A DNA stretch of 62,922 nucleotides, filler included, from Stramenopiles sp. TOSAG23-3 (GCA_900128585.1; 6 parts of 6 records of this genome joined end to end with filler, not necessarily neighbours in it), one strand, 5' to 3'; counted from the first letter of the whole stretch, positions 21,937 to 32,870 are shown. Numbers and translations: made by a program. Notes: generated by a model from the sequence alone, not told the origin.

Positions 21937-22524
21937 ATGAACTTAACGTTTCAACAACTTTCTTCTTTCGACAATGGCTCGGGAAATATTGCAATGCCGA
22001 ATGTGTTGTCTATTCGAAGCGAAGAGCCACCGAAACACAATTCGACACCAAAACTGATTCAGAAAAAGCGTGCACCGTCCCCGACCGCAAACGATCGCCA
22101 CGACAGTAAACACGTCAAGCTGCACCATGGCGAAAACCAACAGCAACAAAAGGACAACCAACAGCAGCCAGAGGAAAATGTTGACAGGGAACACACCACT
22201 GCTCGATCAAACGGAGGGGATATCGACATGAAAAATTCATACGAAATTATTGCTGAAAATATTGAGAAGCCAGTAAATCAATGCACAGATCCGGCACTTA
22301 ATTCGAAAGCAGATGCCCTCTGCAAAAAAGTATTGGACGTGTCTGCGGGGGTCAAAACGTTTGCACTGGAATCAACGCGAGAACTTAAAGAATGGAAATC
22401 AGACTTAAGAGAACATCAGGCGAACATTATGTCCGACTTGATAGAAGTTATTGAAAATCATGAACCAGCCATGGTATTTAAGCTGCAACAAATGAAAATT
22501 GAGTATTTAGATAAGAAAGTTTAA
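21937..22524 (+). CDS. Hypothetical protein, 195 aa; disordered N-terminus, helical C-terminus
   Basis: ATG in ACCACCATG context, the same context as the ALIX start; coding-like composition. Confidence 0.65.
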   Translation: MNLTFQQLSSFDNGSGNIAMPNVLSIRSEEPPKHNSTPKLIQKKRAPSPTANDRHDSKHVKLHHGENQQQQKDNQQQPEENVDREHTTARSNGGDIDMKNSYEIIAENIEKPVNQCTDPALNSKADALCKKVLDVSAGVKTFALESTRELKEWKSDLREHQANIMSDLIEVIENHEPAMVFKLQQMKIEYLDKKV

Positions 22525-22724
22525 AGTAAAATGTGGTAAGTACAAGAGCTGAAAGGCGCTTCTCCCAAATGAAAGGCCCAAATATTTTGCTGTGCAATTT
22601 TTGCTCGAGTGTGGCACAAGTGAATATGTAATTTACAGCCAGAAAAGACAAGATTAAGTACGTCACTTAGTAGTAAAAACACTTTACACTGTATGATGTT
22701 CCTTTTTCATGTGTTTAAATCAAA

Positions 22725-25700
22725 TCACCAAGGGTACTCATAAGTCGATTCACCTGCGCTGTTGAAGTAATACACGTTTCCATCATCGTCGTAGGCTTCC
22801 GTCCAATCGTCGTACCCAGCAGAGGCCTCATAGTAGTCACTTGCACCGCCAGATTGATATTCAGCAGTCTCTTCGTCCACAAAACCATCTGGCTTTTCGT
22901 AGGTTGTTTCGCCTTTGTCGTTGTAATAATATGGTGTTCCGGCTTCATCGTAAGTGATTTGCCAGTTTTTCTCGTCCTTCGGGGTGGGCTTCTTTTTCTT
23001 CACTAATTTAATTCCTCCTTCATCGCTGTCGTCATCACTGGTTTCTATAGATTCCACTTCTGAAAACTCTTCCTCGACTTCCTCCTCAATGTCGCCGTCG
23101 TCGCTATCTACAAACGTTCTAGGGTCCTCGTATGCATATTCACCGGTTTCAATGTTATACCAGTATTCTTCGTTCTCCTCATCGGCAGGAAACAATTCCC
23201 AAACCTTCTCTTTTTCTCGCATGACGTTGCGCTCGGCCACTCGCTCTTTGATAAGCTTCTGAACTTTAAATTTACGAAGAGCTATGGCTTCCAACTTTTT
23301 TGCTTTCTTGTTAGCTAATTTCCCCCGGCGAACGATCATGCTTCCTAATCCCCCAAGAACGCCGGTGTCTCTTAAGGTCTTTCCAATATTCACTAGCCCT
23401 ACACTCAAGGAACCGTTCAAATCCGCTCTGCTTTCAGCGAGCTTTATGGAGAGATTCGCTCGCTGGTCCTTGGCTTTGGCTTTAAGGTGTTTTCCAATTT
23501 TTCCCTCCTCTGCGCCAATGCCCTTTGCGACAAGCTTAAGGGTTTGTTTTGCGGCCACCCTACCCGCTGCTTTCGCTGCTTCTTTTGCTTTTTCGGCATT
23601 TTCCCCCGTTGCAACTGCCCGGAGTAGATTGGCGCCACGGAGAATATCTTGCTGTGTCTTAAAAATTCCTGTTTTGCGTTCCCCAACAAATTTTGAAGCT
23701 TCGATCTCCTCGTCAGTTAGCCACGGGTACCGATTCTGCAACTCTTCCTCGTACAGTTCCATCGGCTTCAGTTTACGAATCCGCTCCTCCGACGAATCGG
23801 CCTCGAGAGGAGGGGCAGCTCCAAGCCCGCTTAACAGTCTATACCTTAGCGATGATTTCGTTGTTGATGCAATTCCCTCTCTTCGCTCTCGGGCGATGCG
23901 GGCCTCATGGGCATTCAATATCACTGGATACCACAATCGCCGGGTTTTGCGCATGCGATACAGGCCTTGGATTCTCTTCACGGCCGCGATCAGGCGACGA
24001 TGCTCTTCTGCTGCCTCTCTCTTCACACGAAGTGCAGCTTCTTCCTTCTCTTTGCGCTCCTGCAGCACCGTGTCCCGATAGATTCGCATGCTTCTGCTCT
24101 CTAGGGGGAGGTCCCACTTTTGGTACCCTTCCACATAGTAGTACGTGTTGTAACACCTGTTGCACATTTTCGTCCCGTCGTCAATTGATACCCGTACGGC
24201 TAAGGGTTTGGTTTGGTCCTCGCATATTTTACACATTTCCATCAATGGCTCAAATGTATGCTGCATCAAAGCCCCTTTGCTGTGCATTTTCCAGCAGCAA
24301 GTGTCGCAGTAACAATCCCCACATTGGTGGCATTCACGTGTTGCCACTTGATATTCACATTCAATGCAATTCTCGACTAAAAATTTCTCGTGCAAGTGCC
24401 GTTTTCCCTTGGCGTGGAATGAGTCGTAGTCTTTGTCGCAGTAAAAGTCGTCGCAGTCAACGCAGTATATTGTTGCGCTCACTTCGTTGCACTGCAAACA
24501 ATATTGGATGAACTCACAATCAGGGTGTGGCAGCTCAATGACTGTCCTGACATCCACACCGCGTCGTAGCCATTTAATTTTTTTCCAACGTATGGAATTG
24601 CACTTTGGATTGTGCCAGTAAGGAAGACCAGATACTGGGTCGATGTATTTCTTCACATTGTCTCGATACAGTAGTATTAATTTTCTGTGCGCCTGGCGCT
24701 TCCTCCAACGTCGTTGCAAGCGTGCCAGTTTTTTCCCTTTCCTCTTGTCAATTATTTCTTGGGCAACCGCTCGCTTCATCACGGCATACAGCCACGACGC
24801 TCGTTTCTGGAGATATTTCTCCATTTTTACCTTGTATTTTGCTCCCACAGTCTTTTTGTGATCCGTGAAAACGTGCTCATCAATGAGCTTAAAGAATCGA
24901 GCTTTCTGCCCCACGTTTTTCCGGTATTTCTCCACGGAATAACCGATAACGGTGCCCTTGTCGTTCTTGATGGAGTATCGTATGTCGGCCAGCATGCTTA
25001 AAGCGTCGCAAAAACCCTGAAAAGATATCCCTTTGACAACTTTCTTGTTTTGCGTCGCTCGTTGCTTGCTTTTGCGCGCTTCTGCTTCCTGTTCGATTCG
25101 TTTGGCGTTTCCTATGGCCTTTGCAAAACACAAGTCTATTTCCACTGGGTTGATACCCGAGAATTGCTTGTGGCCGTGTTTCTTCTTCTTCTTCTTGGTT
25201 CTTTGCTCAACAAGTCCGTGGCAGGCCTTCATGGTGGCCAAAAACTTCATAGATTCCATCGATTGTGCTGGGTGACTGAAGTGAAGGAAAAAATCCCTCA
25301 ATGGTTCTGAAAGTCTGTAACTTTCGGCGCTCGGTGTGGTTCCAGGGTCTGTGACTTTTCTTTCCAATATCTTAAGTTTTGTTTTATTTGAAAATCCTAG
25401 CCGCAAAACCATACGATCGCCTTCATAAATCAGGGCTTCGTCAAATCTTTGCACAACGTACTTCTTTATCTCCGCTTTTCGATGCATGAATTCACGCTGC
25501 CATTCCACTTTCCGGCGTGATCGATACATCCGGACCATAGTCTGGCACTTGACTATCGCAGCTGCCATTCGACGCCGCTCTTCGCGTACGCGAGATACAT
25601 TTCGTCTAGCTAACCATCCTCTTGTATATCTCTGAATCGTTGGTATTGCCATATCGTATCTCATTTTGTTGCGCAGCATTGTTCGATCGCGTTGACCGCG

Positions 25701-28085
25701 AACGAATGCCTGGATTTTTGTCGCAGCCCTATGTCGTCGAATTTCCCTGACTCTGCGTCGCGCTAACCAGCCACGAGCATATTTTTGTATAACTTTGGCA
25801 CACATGTCTTTTTTATGACGTGCCCACTGGCTTTTAATATATTTTTTTCTCTTCACTAATCTCCTGGCTAACCAGGCCCTATAGGCCTTCTGAATCTTTG
25901 TCGCGGCAGCCTCCTCCCTCTTTTTCCGAAACGGGTCGACGCGAGCGACCAACGATTTTCCGAACCGTCTTCCGGCTAGCCCAAGAGACCCTTTCGCCTT
26001 CTTCTCTAAATATGCTTTTTTCTTCTCCGCTAGTTCCTCTAAATGATAGTTTTTGGCAGTAATCAAAGTCTTGCGTAATTCTATGGCTTTCTTTGTCCTA
26101 TACCGAGATTGAAGTTTTAATGCCGTCTTCTCAAACAGAGCAAGTTCCTTCTTTTTGAATTTATCGAACCGCTTTTTCGCCGCTAATTTACGCCCCCTGT
26201 AACCTCTGAATAGTGCCTCTATTCTCGTGGCAAACATGTGCCCTAAAAATTTTACATGCCGAACACGGGTATTGTGAAACCATCGTTGTAATAGTCGTGC
26301 AGCCCCCTCCTTTTTAAAGCTATAAATTATGACAAACTCCTTGTCTTCCAATAACTTTTCGTGCATTTCCCGGCGTTTTAGTCTCCGGAGACGCGCAGCT
26401 TTTTTCCTCCCTACATGACCCCGGAACACTTTTTCAATTTTAGACGCTGCATCTTCCCTCATTTCGTTTCTATGCCGCATCATAATGACAAGGACGCGGG
26501 CCTGTTTTGCACGCCACATTCTTTGGATAAGTATTACAGAATCCATAATCTCAAGCGCTTTAGCATATTCGCGGCGACCTAAAACTCCGCGCCAATGCCT
26601 TTGTATTTCGATTGCAGATAGCCACCGTTTCCTCGTCAACATAAAAGCTTTAAAACGTTTTCTTTCGTTGCGCAAATCGCGAGCCTGTGCGATTTTATCG
26701 CTCCTTTTTCGCCCCAAATGTCCTCTATAAACCCGTTGGATGTTCGTCGCGCTTATAATTGCCTCGTAGTGCCTATGATACACGACGAAACGTTTCCAAA
26801 AATGTATTCCTTGACTTTCCAGACGATATCCCCATTGCCGCAACATTTTCTTCAACTTTTTTTTAATCCTGTCGTCGTATGCGTTTTTCATGCCCACCTC
26901 GAACAAAAATTCAAGCGGAAAAGTTTCCATCGTTTTATTTATCTTGTTATGAACCGTTTTGTCCAAAGACCGCTTTTCTTTTCTTGCATCGGTTTGGTCT
27001 TTTCCCAATCTTTCCACAAGCTCGAGGCGTTCTGTCAAGGACCTATTGCCATCGATTAAGGAGTTGGTCTTGCGCCCACCAAAATCCTGGTTTGTTGGGA
27101 TATTGGTAACTTCTGGGGACGATTGCTGTGGAATTTTCGAGACCTGGCGCAAATAGAAAATGCCTGGGTCAACTAAGCTTTCGGGCAGGAAACTTAATTT
27201 CGAGGGTGCGGTTTCGCTGTAAGTGCGACTTTCGGCACTGTTGTGCACAATAGCTATATTGTTTGTGATCTGACAGGGCCCGCTTTGAGCCAAGGAGACT
27301 GCTTCTAGACTCTCTTTGTTCAAGATCTGAGACGAGAAATCTAGCCCCTTTCCCTCTGGTACCTCGCTGTCGCTATCGAACGAAGCCGTTAGCAGAGACT
27401 TCAAGACTCGTTTTTCCAAGTTCTTCGGCGCCGGTCGTCGACTCGGTGGTATTATATACGATACATCCTCACTGTCCTGGATCGAAGAGTTCCCATTTGT
27501 TCTCAAGATACCATATAAACTTGAACTTATGCTTGAACCGCCCAGAGCGGAAACGCTGGTATCCACGGACAATACTTGGGAGAAAAATCTTTTTCTGTAC
27601 TTTTCCTCTTCTGCCAAAGAAGCACTGTGTGTGGTCACTGGCAAGTCACGCTTGAGTTCTTCATCCTCTGTTTCCAACATAGACAGTGCGTCGCTCCCAC
27701 TCAAATCAGTGGACGATTTCGCAGTACTTTCTGAAGCTCTCTTGCTCCGCAGAGTTTCTTTTCCGGATTCTGCCAAAGAGGGGAAACTATTTGGTGGCGT
27801 CGGTGCTGGGGGAAGGGTGAGGTGGCGAGACTTTGCTGCCTTTGCTACCGTGCTTCCTGTCCTCCACCTCTTTCTCTCTAATCTTCCCTTGACAACCCTC
27901 CGTTTAGCCCTCCTAGGTAATTTTCGGTATACATCACGTCGCTTGTTTATACCTCTCTGCCCTCTTATTTCTGGGAACATTTGAAGTTGTCCAAGAACAT
28001 GTTCACTAGCCCCGCCTGTCTCTACACACTTTAGTAAGGCCGCAATTTGCGACAAGTCTTCTAGTCCCCCTGAGTCACTGTTCAT
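22725..28085 (-). CDS. Multi-IQ-motif / p25alpha(TPPP)-like / WW / B-box zinc finger protein, about 1786 aa
   Basis: More than 10 IQ motifs (IQRVYRGHLGRK, IQKAYRAWLARR); p25alpha-like 'MESMKFLATMKAC...EIDLCFAK...ISFQGFCDALSMLA'; B-boxes 'CLQC...YCVDCDDFYC...HAKGKRHLH'; WW-like 'WQITYDEAGTPYYYN...TTYEKP' x3 at C-terminus; first ATG at 28085. Confidence 0.88.
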   Translation of the reverse strand: MNSDSGGLEDLSQIAALLKCVETGGASEHVLGQLQMFPEIRGQRGINKRRDVYRKLPRRAKRRVVKGRLERKRWRTGSTVAKAAKSRHLTLPPAPTPPNSFPSLAESGKETLRSKRASESTAKSSTDLSGSDALSMLETEDEELKRDLPVTTHSASLAEEEKYRKRFFSQVLSVDTSVSALGGSSISSSLYGILRTNGNSSIQDSEDVSYIIPPSRRPAPKNLEKRVLKSLLTASFDSDSEVPEGKGLDFSSQILNKESLEAVSLAQSGPCQITNNIAIVHNSAESRTYSETAPSKLSFLPESLVDPGIFYLRQVSKIPQQSSPEVTNIPTNQDFGGRKTNSLIDGNRSLTERLELVERLGKDQTDARKEKRSLDKTVHNKINKTMETFPLEFLFEVGMKNAYDDRIKKKLKKMLRQWGYRLESQGIHFWKRFVVYHRHYEAIISATNIQRVYRGHLGRKRSDKIAQARDLRNERKRFKAFMLTRKRWLSAIEIQRHWRGVLGRREYAKALEIMDSVILIQRMWRAKQARVLVIMMRHRNEMREDAASKIEKVFRGHVGRKKAARLRRLKRREMHEKLLEDKEFVIIYSFKKEGAARLLQRWFHNTRVRHVKFLGHMFATRIEALFRGYRGRKLAAKKRFDKFKKKELALFEKTALKLQSRYRTKKAIELRKTLITAKNYHLEELAEKKKAYLEKKAKGSLGLAGRRFGKSLVARVDPFRKKREEAAATKIQKAYRAWLARRLVKRKKYIKSQWARHKKDMCAKVIQKYARGWLARRRVREIRRHRAATKIQAFVRGQRDRTMLRNKMRYDMAIPTIQRYTRGWLARRNVSRVREERRRMAAAIVKCQTMVRMYRSRRKVEWQREFMHRKAEIKKYVVQRFDEALIYEGDRMVLRLGFSNKTKLKILERKVTDPGTTPSAESYRLSEPLRDFFLHFSHPAQSMESMKFLATMKACHGLVEQRTKKKKKKHGHKQFSGINPVEIDLCFAKAIGNAKRIEQEAEARKSKQRATQNKKVVKGISFQGFCDALSMLADIRYSIKNDKGTVIGYSVEKYRKNVGQKARFFKLIDEHVFTDHKKTVGAKYKVKMEKYLQKRASWLYAVMKRAVAQEIIDKRKGKKLARLQRRWRKRQAHRKLILLYRDNVKKYIDPVSGLPYWHNPKCNSIRWKKIKWLRRGVDVRTVIELPHPDCEFIQYCLQCNEVSATIYCVDCDDFYCDKDYDSFHAKGKRHLHEKFLVENCIECEYQVATRECHQCGDCYCDTCCWKMHSKGALMQHTFEPLMEMCKICEDQTKPLAVRVSIDDGTKMCNRCYNTYYYVEGYQKWDLPLESRSMRIYRDTVLQERKEKEEAALRVKREAAEEHRRLIAAVKRIQGLYRMRKTRRLWYPVILNAHEARIARERREGIASTTKSSLRYRLLSGLGAAPPLEADSSEERIRKLKPMELYEEELQNRYPWLTDEEIEASKFVGERKTGIFKTQQDILRGANLLRAVATGENAEKAKEAAKAAGRVAAKQTLKLVAKGIGAEEGKIGKHLKAKAKDQRANLSIKLAESRADLNGSLSVGLVNIGKTLRDTGVLGGLGSMIVRRGKLANKKAKKLEAIALRKFKVQKLIKERVAERNVMREKEKVWELFPADEENEEYWYNIETGEYAYEDPRTFVDSDDGDIEEEVEEEFSEVESIETSDDDSDEGGIKLVKKKKPTPKDEKNWQITYDEAGTPYYYNDKGETTYEKPDGFVDEETAEYQSGGASDYYEASAGYDDWTEAYDDDGNVYYFNSAGESTYEYPW

Positions 28086-28934
28086 CTGGCTGAAACTATT
28101 ATCATACAATCATATTTTCTATCAATAGAACTATTTCCCCTTGTTTAAAGCGATCTGTTAATTGTTAAACCTGGGCTATTCTGCCTTTGTTTGGAGAATC
28201 GTGTTGTTTTTCAGTGAAAGGCCGAAGCAATCAGATAATATCTCCTTCCGTTTACACAGTTGTTAGCTGAATATTTGGTGCTTTTCTTCGCGCTGCTTGG
28301 TGGTGTGCTACTATAATATTATTACCCTAGACTCCTCGTACCGTCCGTGCGCCGCGTTTAAAACCTGCAAGCCTTGTCGAAATTTTTTTACCGTATAATA
28401 CTGTACGTAGACGACTGTGTGAGGCGGTTCCGTTGCTCTGGCAATGTACAATAATAACGGCACTTTGGGTTTTTTGTATTTTAATTTTTAATAACTACAT
28501 TTTTAATCATAGACCCCTATCATCAATCAATTCCATTTTCCAAGTACAGGTACGGTACTACTGTTCTTCTTCTTCAATGACACAGCACACCACAGCACAC
28601 ACAAGGATGGTTTACAGGACAACAAACAAAAAATCGAAGAAAGAAAGAAGAAGAAGGAGAGGAGAAAGAAGAGGGAAGAAGAAGAGAAAAAATCATATAT
28701 TATTATCTTTCTTATAATATTATTATACGGTTCATACTACACCACCTCCTCCTTTTGGTTTATTATTATTTTTTGTTGCCTTTTGGATGTCTTCTTCTAC
28801 ACAAATCTTGTTGACTGTTTTGTTGTAGTACAATTAAGCATAGACAATGTGTTTCATTTTAAGAGATCCTTTTAACTCATTTATTCAAGTTTATCGATTT
28901 TTATTATGTTTTAATCCATGTTTGACATTAGACA

Positions 28935-30353
28935 ATGAAAATCTTCACGTTTTGTTTGTTTGTGGTTTTGGGTGTTGCAATCGTTTCAGCAGCACCAGCC
29001 GACCACGAAATAATAACGTTGCCCGGTTGGCAAGGCTCCCTGCCTTCGAAGCAATATTCAGGTTACCTTGATATTACTAAATCTAAGCATTATCACTACT
29101 GGTTTGTTGAATCTGAAAATGAACCAGGGAAAGATCCGATCGTTTTATGGCTGAACGGCGGTCCTGGATGCTCCAGCCTCGACGGTTTTTTATATGAACA
29201 TGGGCCATTTCGATTGAACGACACTACTTCTCCTCCAACCCTTTACAAGTTTGACTACTCTTGGGCCAAACAGGCCAATATGATATACCTAGAATCGCCT
29301 GTTGGTGTAGGTTTCAGTTACTCTGATGATGATGCTGACTACAAGTGCTCAGATGACACCACTGCGAACGACAACATGCTTGCTATGGAAAAGTTTTTTG
29401 AGCTGTTTCCGGAATATAAACAACAAGATTTTTACATCACAGGGGAGTCTTATGGCGGGGTGTACGTCCCTACCCTCGCCGAAGCAATTATAAAAAACAA
29501 CGATTACAGTGGCGCTCCCTTACAAGGGATAGCAGTTGGTAACGGATGCACTGGATATGATAGCGGGATATGTGGGGATAAGAAGACGACCCTCGATGCG
29601 CAATTCTTTGTTCAAAACACTGCTTTCCTCAGCAAAGATTTGAAAAAAGAACTGAACGAAAACTGCGATTGGGAGAAGCCTACTGAGATATCTGAAGGGT
29701 GCGATAACGCCATGCTAAAAATGTCCGAACAGCTGTACTTAATTGATCTCTACGATGTTTACGGCGAATGTATTGACGGGGATGCAGGCAAAGCTCTTGG
29801 GCGTCAGTATTCCAAAGCTGGTCCAGCAAGAGCAAAGCACCTGCTCGGTGGGCAGTGGACAGGAAATGAAGGGCCTTCAGTTTGCATAAATTCTATTGCA
29901 GCGAGTGATTACATGAACCAGGACGACGTAATTACTGCTATTCATGTAAAAAAGCAAGACTTTCGATGGGCAACATGTGGTGCTAACTCAAAATGGACGT
30001 ACAACCGCACAAGACCAAACTTGCCGCGTGACACATACCCCCTATTGAATGACCACATCAGAGTTGTGATTTACAACGGTGACTGGGACGCCTGCGTTCC
30101 CTATACAGACAATGAAATGTGGACATCTGGGATGGGATATGAAGTAGAGCATGACTGGCACCCCTGGTTCTACAATGATAAGACTTTGAATGGTAAAAAC
30201 CGTCAGCAACTTGGGGGGTATAGCACGCGATACAACAGTCCCCACAACTTCACTTTTATTACAATAAGGGGTGGTCGCCATGAAGTTCCTGAGACCGCCC
30301 CCAAGAGAGCATTTGAAATGTTAAGACGCCTTTTGCAAGGCAGTCAATTTTAG
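28935..30353 (+). CDS. Serine carboxypeptidase (peptidase S10), secreted/lysosomal, 472 aa
   Basis: Signal peptide; 'VLWLNGGPGCSS', catalytic Ser in 'GESYGG', Asp in 'NGDWDACVP', His in 'GGRHEVP'. Confidence 0.96.
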   Translation: MKIFTFCLFVVLGVAIVSAAPADHEIITLPGWQGSLPSKQYSGYLDITKSKHYHYWFVESENEPGKDPIVLWLNGGPGCSSLDGFLYEHGPFRLNDTTSPPTLYKFDYSWAKQANMIYLESPVGVGFSYSDDDADYKCSDDTTANDNMLAMEKFFELFPEYKQQDFYITGESYGGVYVPTLAEAIIKNNDYSGAPLQGIAVGNGCTGYDSGICGDKKTTLDAQFFVQNTAFLSKDLKKELNENCDWEKPTEISEGCDNAMLKMSEQLYLIDLYDVYGECIDGDAGKALGRQYSKAGPARAKHLLGGQWTGNEGPSVCINSIAASDYMNQDDVITAIHVKKQDFRWATCGANSKWTYNRTRPNLPRDTYPLLNDHIRVVIYNGDWDACVPYTDNEMWTSGMGYEVEHDWHPWFYNDKTLNGKNRQQLGGYSTRYNSPHNFTFITIRGGRHEVPETAPKRAFEMLRRLLQGSQF

Positions 30354-30731
30354 CCGCGGCGCAGACTTTGAATTTCACAAACCAAGTACTTTGTAATTGA
30401 GAATAAAAGAATTATATGCCAAAACTGCTCCCTTCTCGTTTAGCAAAATAAAATTTGGAAGAAAAAAATGCATCGTAAGTTTTTTAGAAATAAAAATTAA
30501 AAAATTTTAGTACAAAATTAAGATATCTGCCGGCTGCTTAATTTTAAAGAGATACGAACTTTAATTTAGTTTATTTTATTCAGTTCTTTCATAAATTAGA
30601 GCAGTACAACAGAAAACGAGCGCCTTGAAAACATTTATTGCCGCTTGGGGAGGACCTTCAATAGGAGGAGAATATTGTTCTTGAACTGACACCTTCTTTT
30701 CTCTTTTTATTATATATTTTAAATATACATA

Positions 30732-30817
30732 TAAATAACCGCCTCTCCTTTGAAGTATTGGATTTAAAATGAGAGTCTTAAACATACTATATATTTTGGT
30801 TTTCAATAACCGCCTCT
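30732..30817. repeat. 3'-intergenic repeat modules (AATAACCGCCTCTC x2; TTTAAAATGAGAGTCTTAAACATACTA)
   Basis: 30763-30789 differs from 1743-1770 by one deleted A. Confidence 0.7.
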
Positions 30818-30952
30818 CAGTAGTATTATGAACTACATTTGTAGGTTTTTTTTTTTTTGTTTTAATGATAAACTTAATCTACACATTTTTTAAAAATGTG
30901 ATTTTTTGATGCGCGGCGTGTTTCAAACGATCTCTCTACTAAAAAACATTTT

Positions 30953-31375
30953 TTAAGTGTCGTCTTCGTCTTCATCTGAACTCGACTCTTCTGCTAGCTC
31001 AGTAAGAGCGTCGTAACTAAAAGGGTGCCCATATAGGGATTTGTACCATCCCCGGAAGTTACTTTCGTTGACAACATCATATGGTAAAATGTCCTTCTGG
31101 TCTTCTCCGTGGGCTAAGTGCACCATGCGCTCTCCAAGCTCGTTGCTGTATGCCTCTACTTCTAGTGACTCCATTCGCCCTATTTCCATCTGAACGGTCT
31201 TGATCTCTGTGCGCAATCTCTCCAAATCAGCAGTTTCCTTCTCTACGGCACCGTCCACATTCTTGTTTGAGCTGCCGCTGGTGCCTTCCACGTCCAATTT
31301 GCTGGCTTCAAGTTTTTTAGCCTCTGCTTGCTCTTGATCACGCATGGCATCAAGTTGCTTTTTCTGCGAAGAAAC
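30953..31375 (-). CDS. C-terminal fragment of an unknown coiled-coil protein, 5'-truncated at a chimeric junction
   Basis: Open frame with coiled coil and acidic tail; upstream of 31375 the sequence is an inverted copy of 24713-24791. Confidence 0.6.
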   Translation of the reverse strand, partial: VSSQKKQLDAMRDQEQAEAKKLEASKLDVEGTSGSSNKNVDGAVEKETADLERLRTEIKTVQMEIGRMESLEVEAYSNELGERMVHLAHGEDQKDILPYDVVNESNFRGWYKSLYGHPFSYDALTELAEESSSDEDEDDT

Positions 31376-31454
31376 CTGTATGCCGTGATGAAGCGAGCGG
31401 TTGCCCAAGAAATAATTGACAAGAGGAAAGGGAAAAAACTGGCACGCTTGCAAC
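31376..31454. repeat. 79-nt perfect inverted duplicate of 24713-24791 at contig end
   Basis: Base-by-base reverse-complement identity. Confidence 0.95.
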
Positions 31455-31554
31455 NNNNNNNNNNNNNNNNNNNNNNNNNNNNNNNNNNNNNNNNNNNNTT
31501 AATTAATTAANNNNNNNNNNNNNNNNNNNNNNNNNNNNNNNNNNNNNNNNNNNN
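31455..31554. other. Artificial contig linker
   Basis: N44-TTAATTAATTAA-N44. Confidence 0.99.
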
Positions 31555-31645
31555 TGGCTGTTATTTAAGTAATTAAATTTAGCTTCGTCGTACCCTAATC
31601 CTAAATTGGTTCTGTAATTTCGTCTCATTGATGATTGTCAATCAT
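31555..31645. repeat. Most complete copy of the 3'-intergenic dispersed repeat
   Basis: TGGCTGTTATTTAAGTAATT...CCCTAATCCT...CGTCTCATTGATGATTGTCAATCAT; the last module matches 10521-10545 at 24/25. Confidence 0.78.
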
Positions 31646-31758
31646 TTCTACTTTTAAAAAAAAAAAAATTATATAGTAGACTTTTAGTAAGTCAAAAAAT
31701 ATGTTTTACCGCAAATGTTATATTGATTCTTATTTGCCGCCTTGAACCCCCATCACTG

Positions 31759-32739
31759 TTAGCGTGTTTTGAATGCGAGTTTCTTTCTGCGCCTGTTCGG
31801 CATAACAATTTCTTGTGCCATGTAATCGTGAAAACCGCCTGCGTGCATGCGACTTCTCAAACTAGACACCCAGCGAGCGCGGGTTACGGTGTCCCCACTG
31901 CCCCATTTGAAATTTCTTCCGCCCATAAACTCGTTGGCATTTTGTGCATAAAATGGGTTGTCCCTGTATTTTGCGTGACTTTCATCGGCCTTTCTGGTAT
32001 AAAAATTCCTGTTTCTGTACATGCTTTTGGGAATGGGCATTTCCAGTTCGTTCTGTAGTGGGATTGCGTCTACTAAAACCTCGTTATCTTTGAGGGTTGT
32101 GCTAGCCTCCAACGAAACCGATGTTCCCACGGTTGAGTCAAACATAGACTTTACTGCACTCTCCCTTCTAACTTTTCGACTTCGCTTCATCGATTTGTGG
32201 GCTAATTCTTCGAATTCGCGATAGTACAGCATCGTATTTATTATTTTCGAGATCTCTCTCTTATCAAAGCCTAAAACCTTAAAGTGATCCTTGGTCAGGC
32301 AAGCCAGGCCGTTCCATGACAATTTGTACTCCTCAATAGTTTTTGCTCTGTGGACCAAGTTTAGAGAATGTAAGAGTGCATTGATTTTTCCCGCGTCCAC
32401 CCCTTCTAAATCTTTTGGGATGTGGCTAAAGTCGACCTTCTCTTCGTAAAAGCCAAAGTACTCCCCATGAAAACCAACATAATCGCGATACAACTCGACC
32501 GGATTTTGGGGGTTTATCATCTTCACTTTCGAGCTTTCGTCGTTGGCATACGAGTGCAACTCCATACCATCGCTCTTCTTTGGAGACAAATACACTGCTT
32601 TCGACGGTGGTTTGATGCTGGCATCCACCATAATGTAATTGCCGCGTTCTGACGTCTTGTTTGCTAACAAGATCGCATTGTTTTCAGTAATTGATGACCT
32701 GCGATGAATCTTGATCTCCTCCCCTTTGGCGGACGACAT
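31759..32739 (-). CDS. Hypothetical protein with SAM-like domain, about 326 aa
   Basis: 'INALLHSLNLVHRAKTIEEYKLSWNGLACLTKDHFKVLGFDKREISKII' fits the SAM pattern; first ATG at 32739. Confidence 0.65.
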   Translation of the reverse strand: MSSAKGEEIKIHRRSSITENNAILLANKTSERGNYIMVDASIKPPSKAVYLSPKKSDGMELHSYANDESSKVKMINPQNPVELYRDYVGFHGEYFGFYEEKVDFSHIPKDLEGVDAGKINALLHSLNLVHRAKTIEEYKLSWNGLACLTKDHFKVLGFDKREISKIINTMLYYREFEELAHKSMKRSRKVRRESAVKSMFDSTVGTSVSLEASTTLKDNEVLVDAIPLQNELEMPIPKSMYRNRNFYTRKADESHAKYRDNPFYAQNANEFMGGRNFKWGSGDTVTRARWVSSLRSRMHAGGFHDYMAQEIVMPNRRRKKLAFKTR

Positions 32740-32870
32740 TTGATCAACACGATGCTGGGTGCTCAAAGCCGGTGATTAAAACTGTAATGGCTTCTTTTTG
32801 TCGCTCGAAATTTTTGAGATGGAATTTTACTCTATTTTACCAAAGGCAACGCTTAAGTAGAAATCTTTGT

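Noticed and set aside
30953..31453. 166-aa ORF whose N-terminus matches the antisense of the IQ gene
   Set aside because: The N-terminal part comes from the 79-nt inverted duplicate, a likely chimera; not a real fusion protein.
31592..31604. CCCTAATCCTAA, telomere-like sequence near a contig start
   Set aside because: Only two imperfect units, and part of the dispersed 3' repeat also found internally at 15361.
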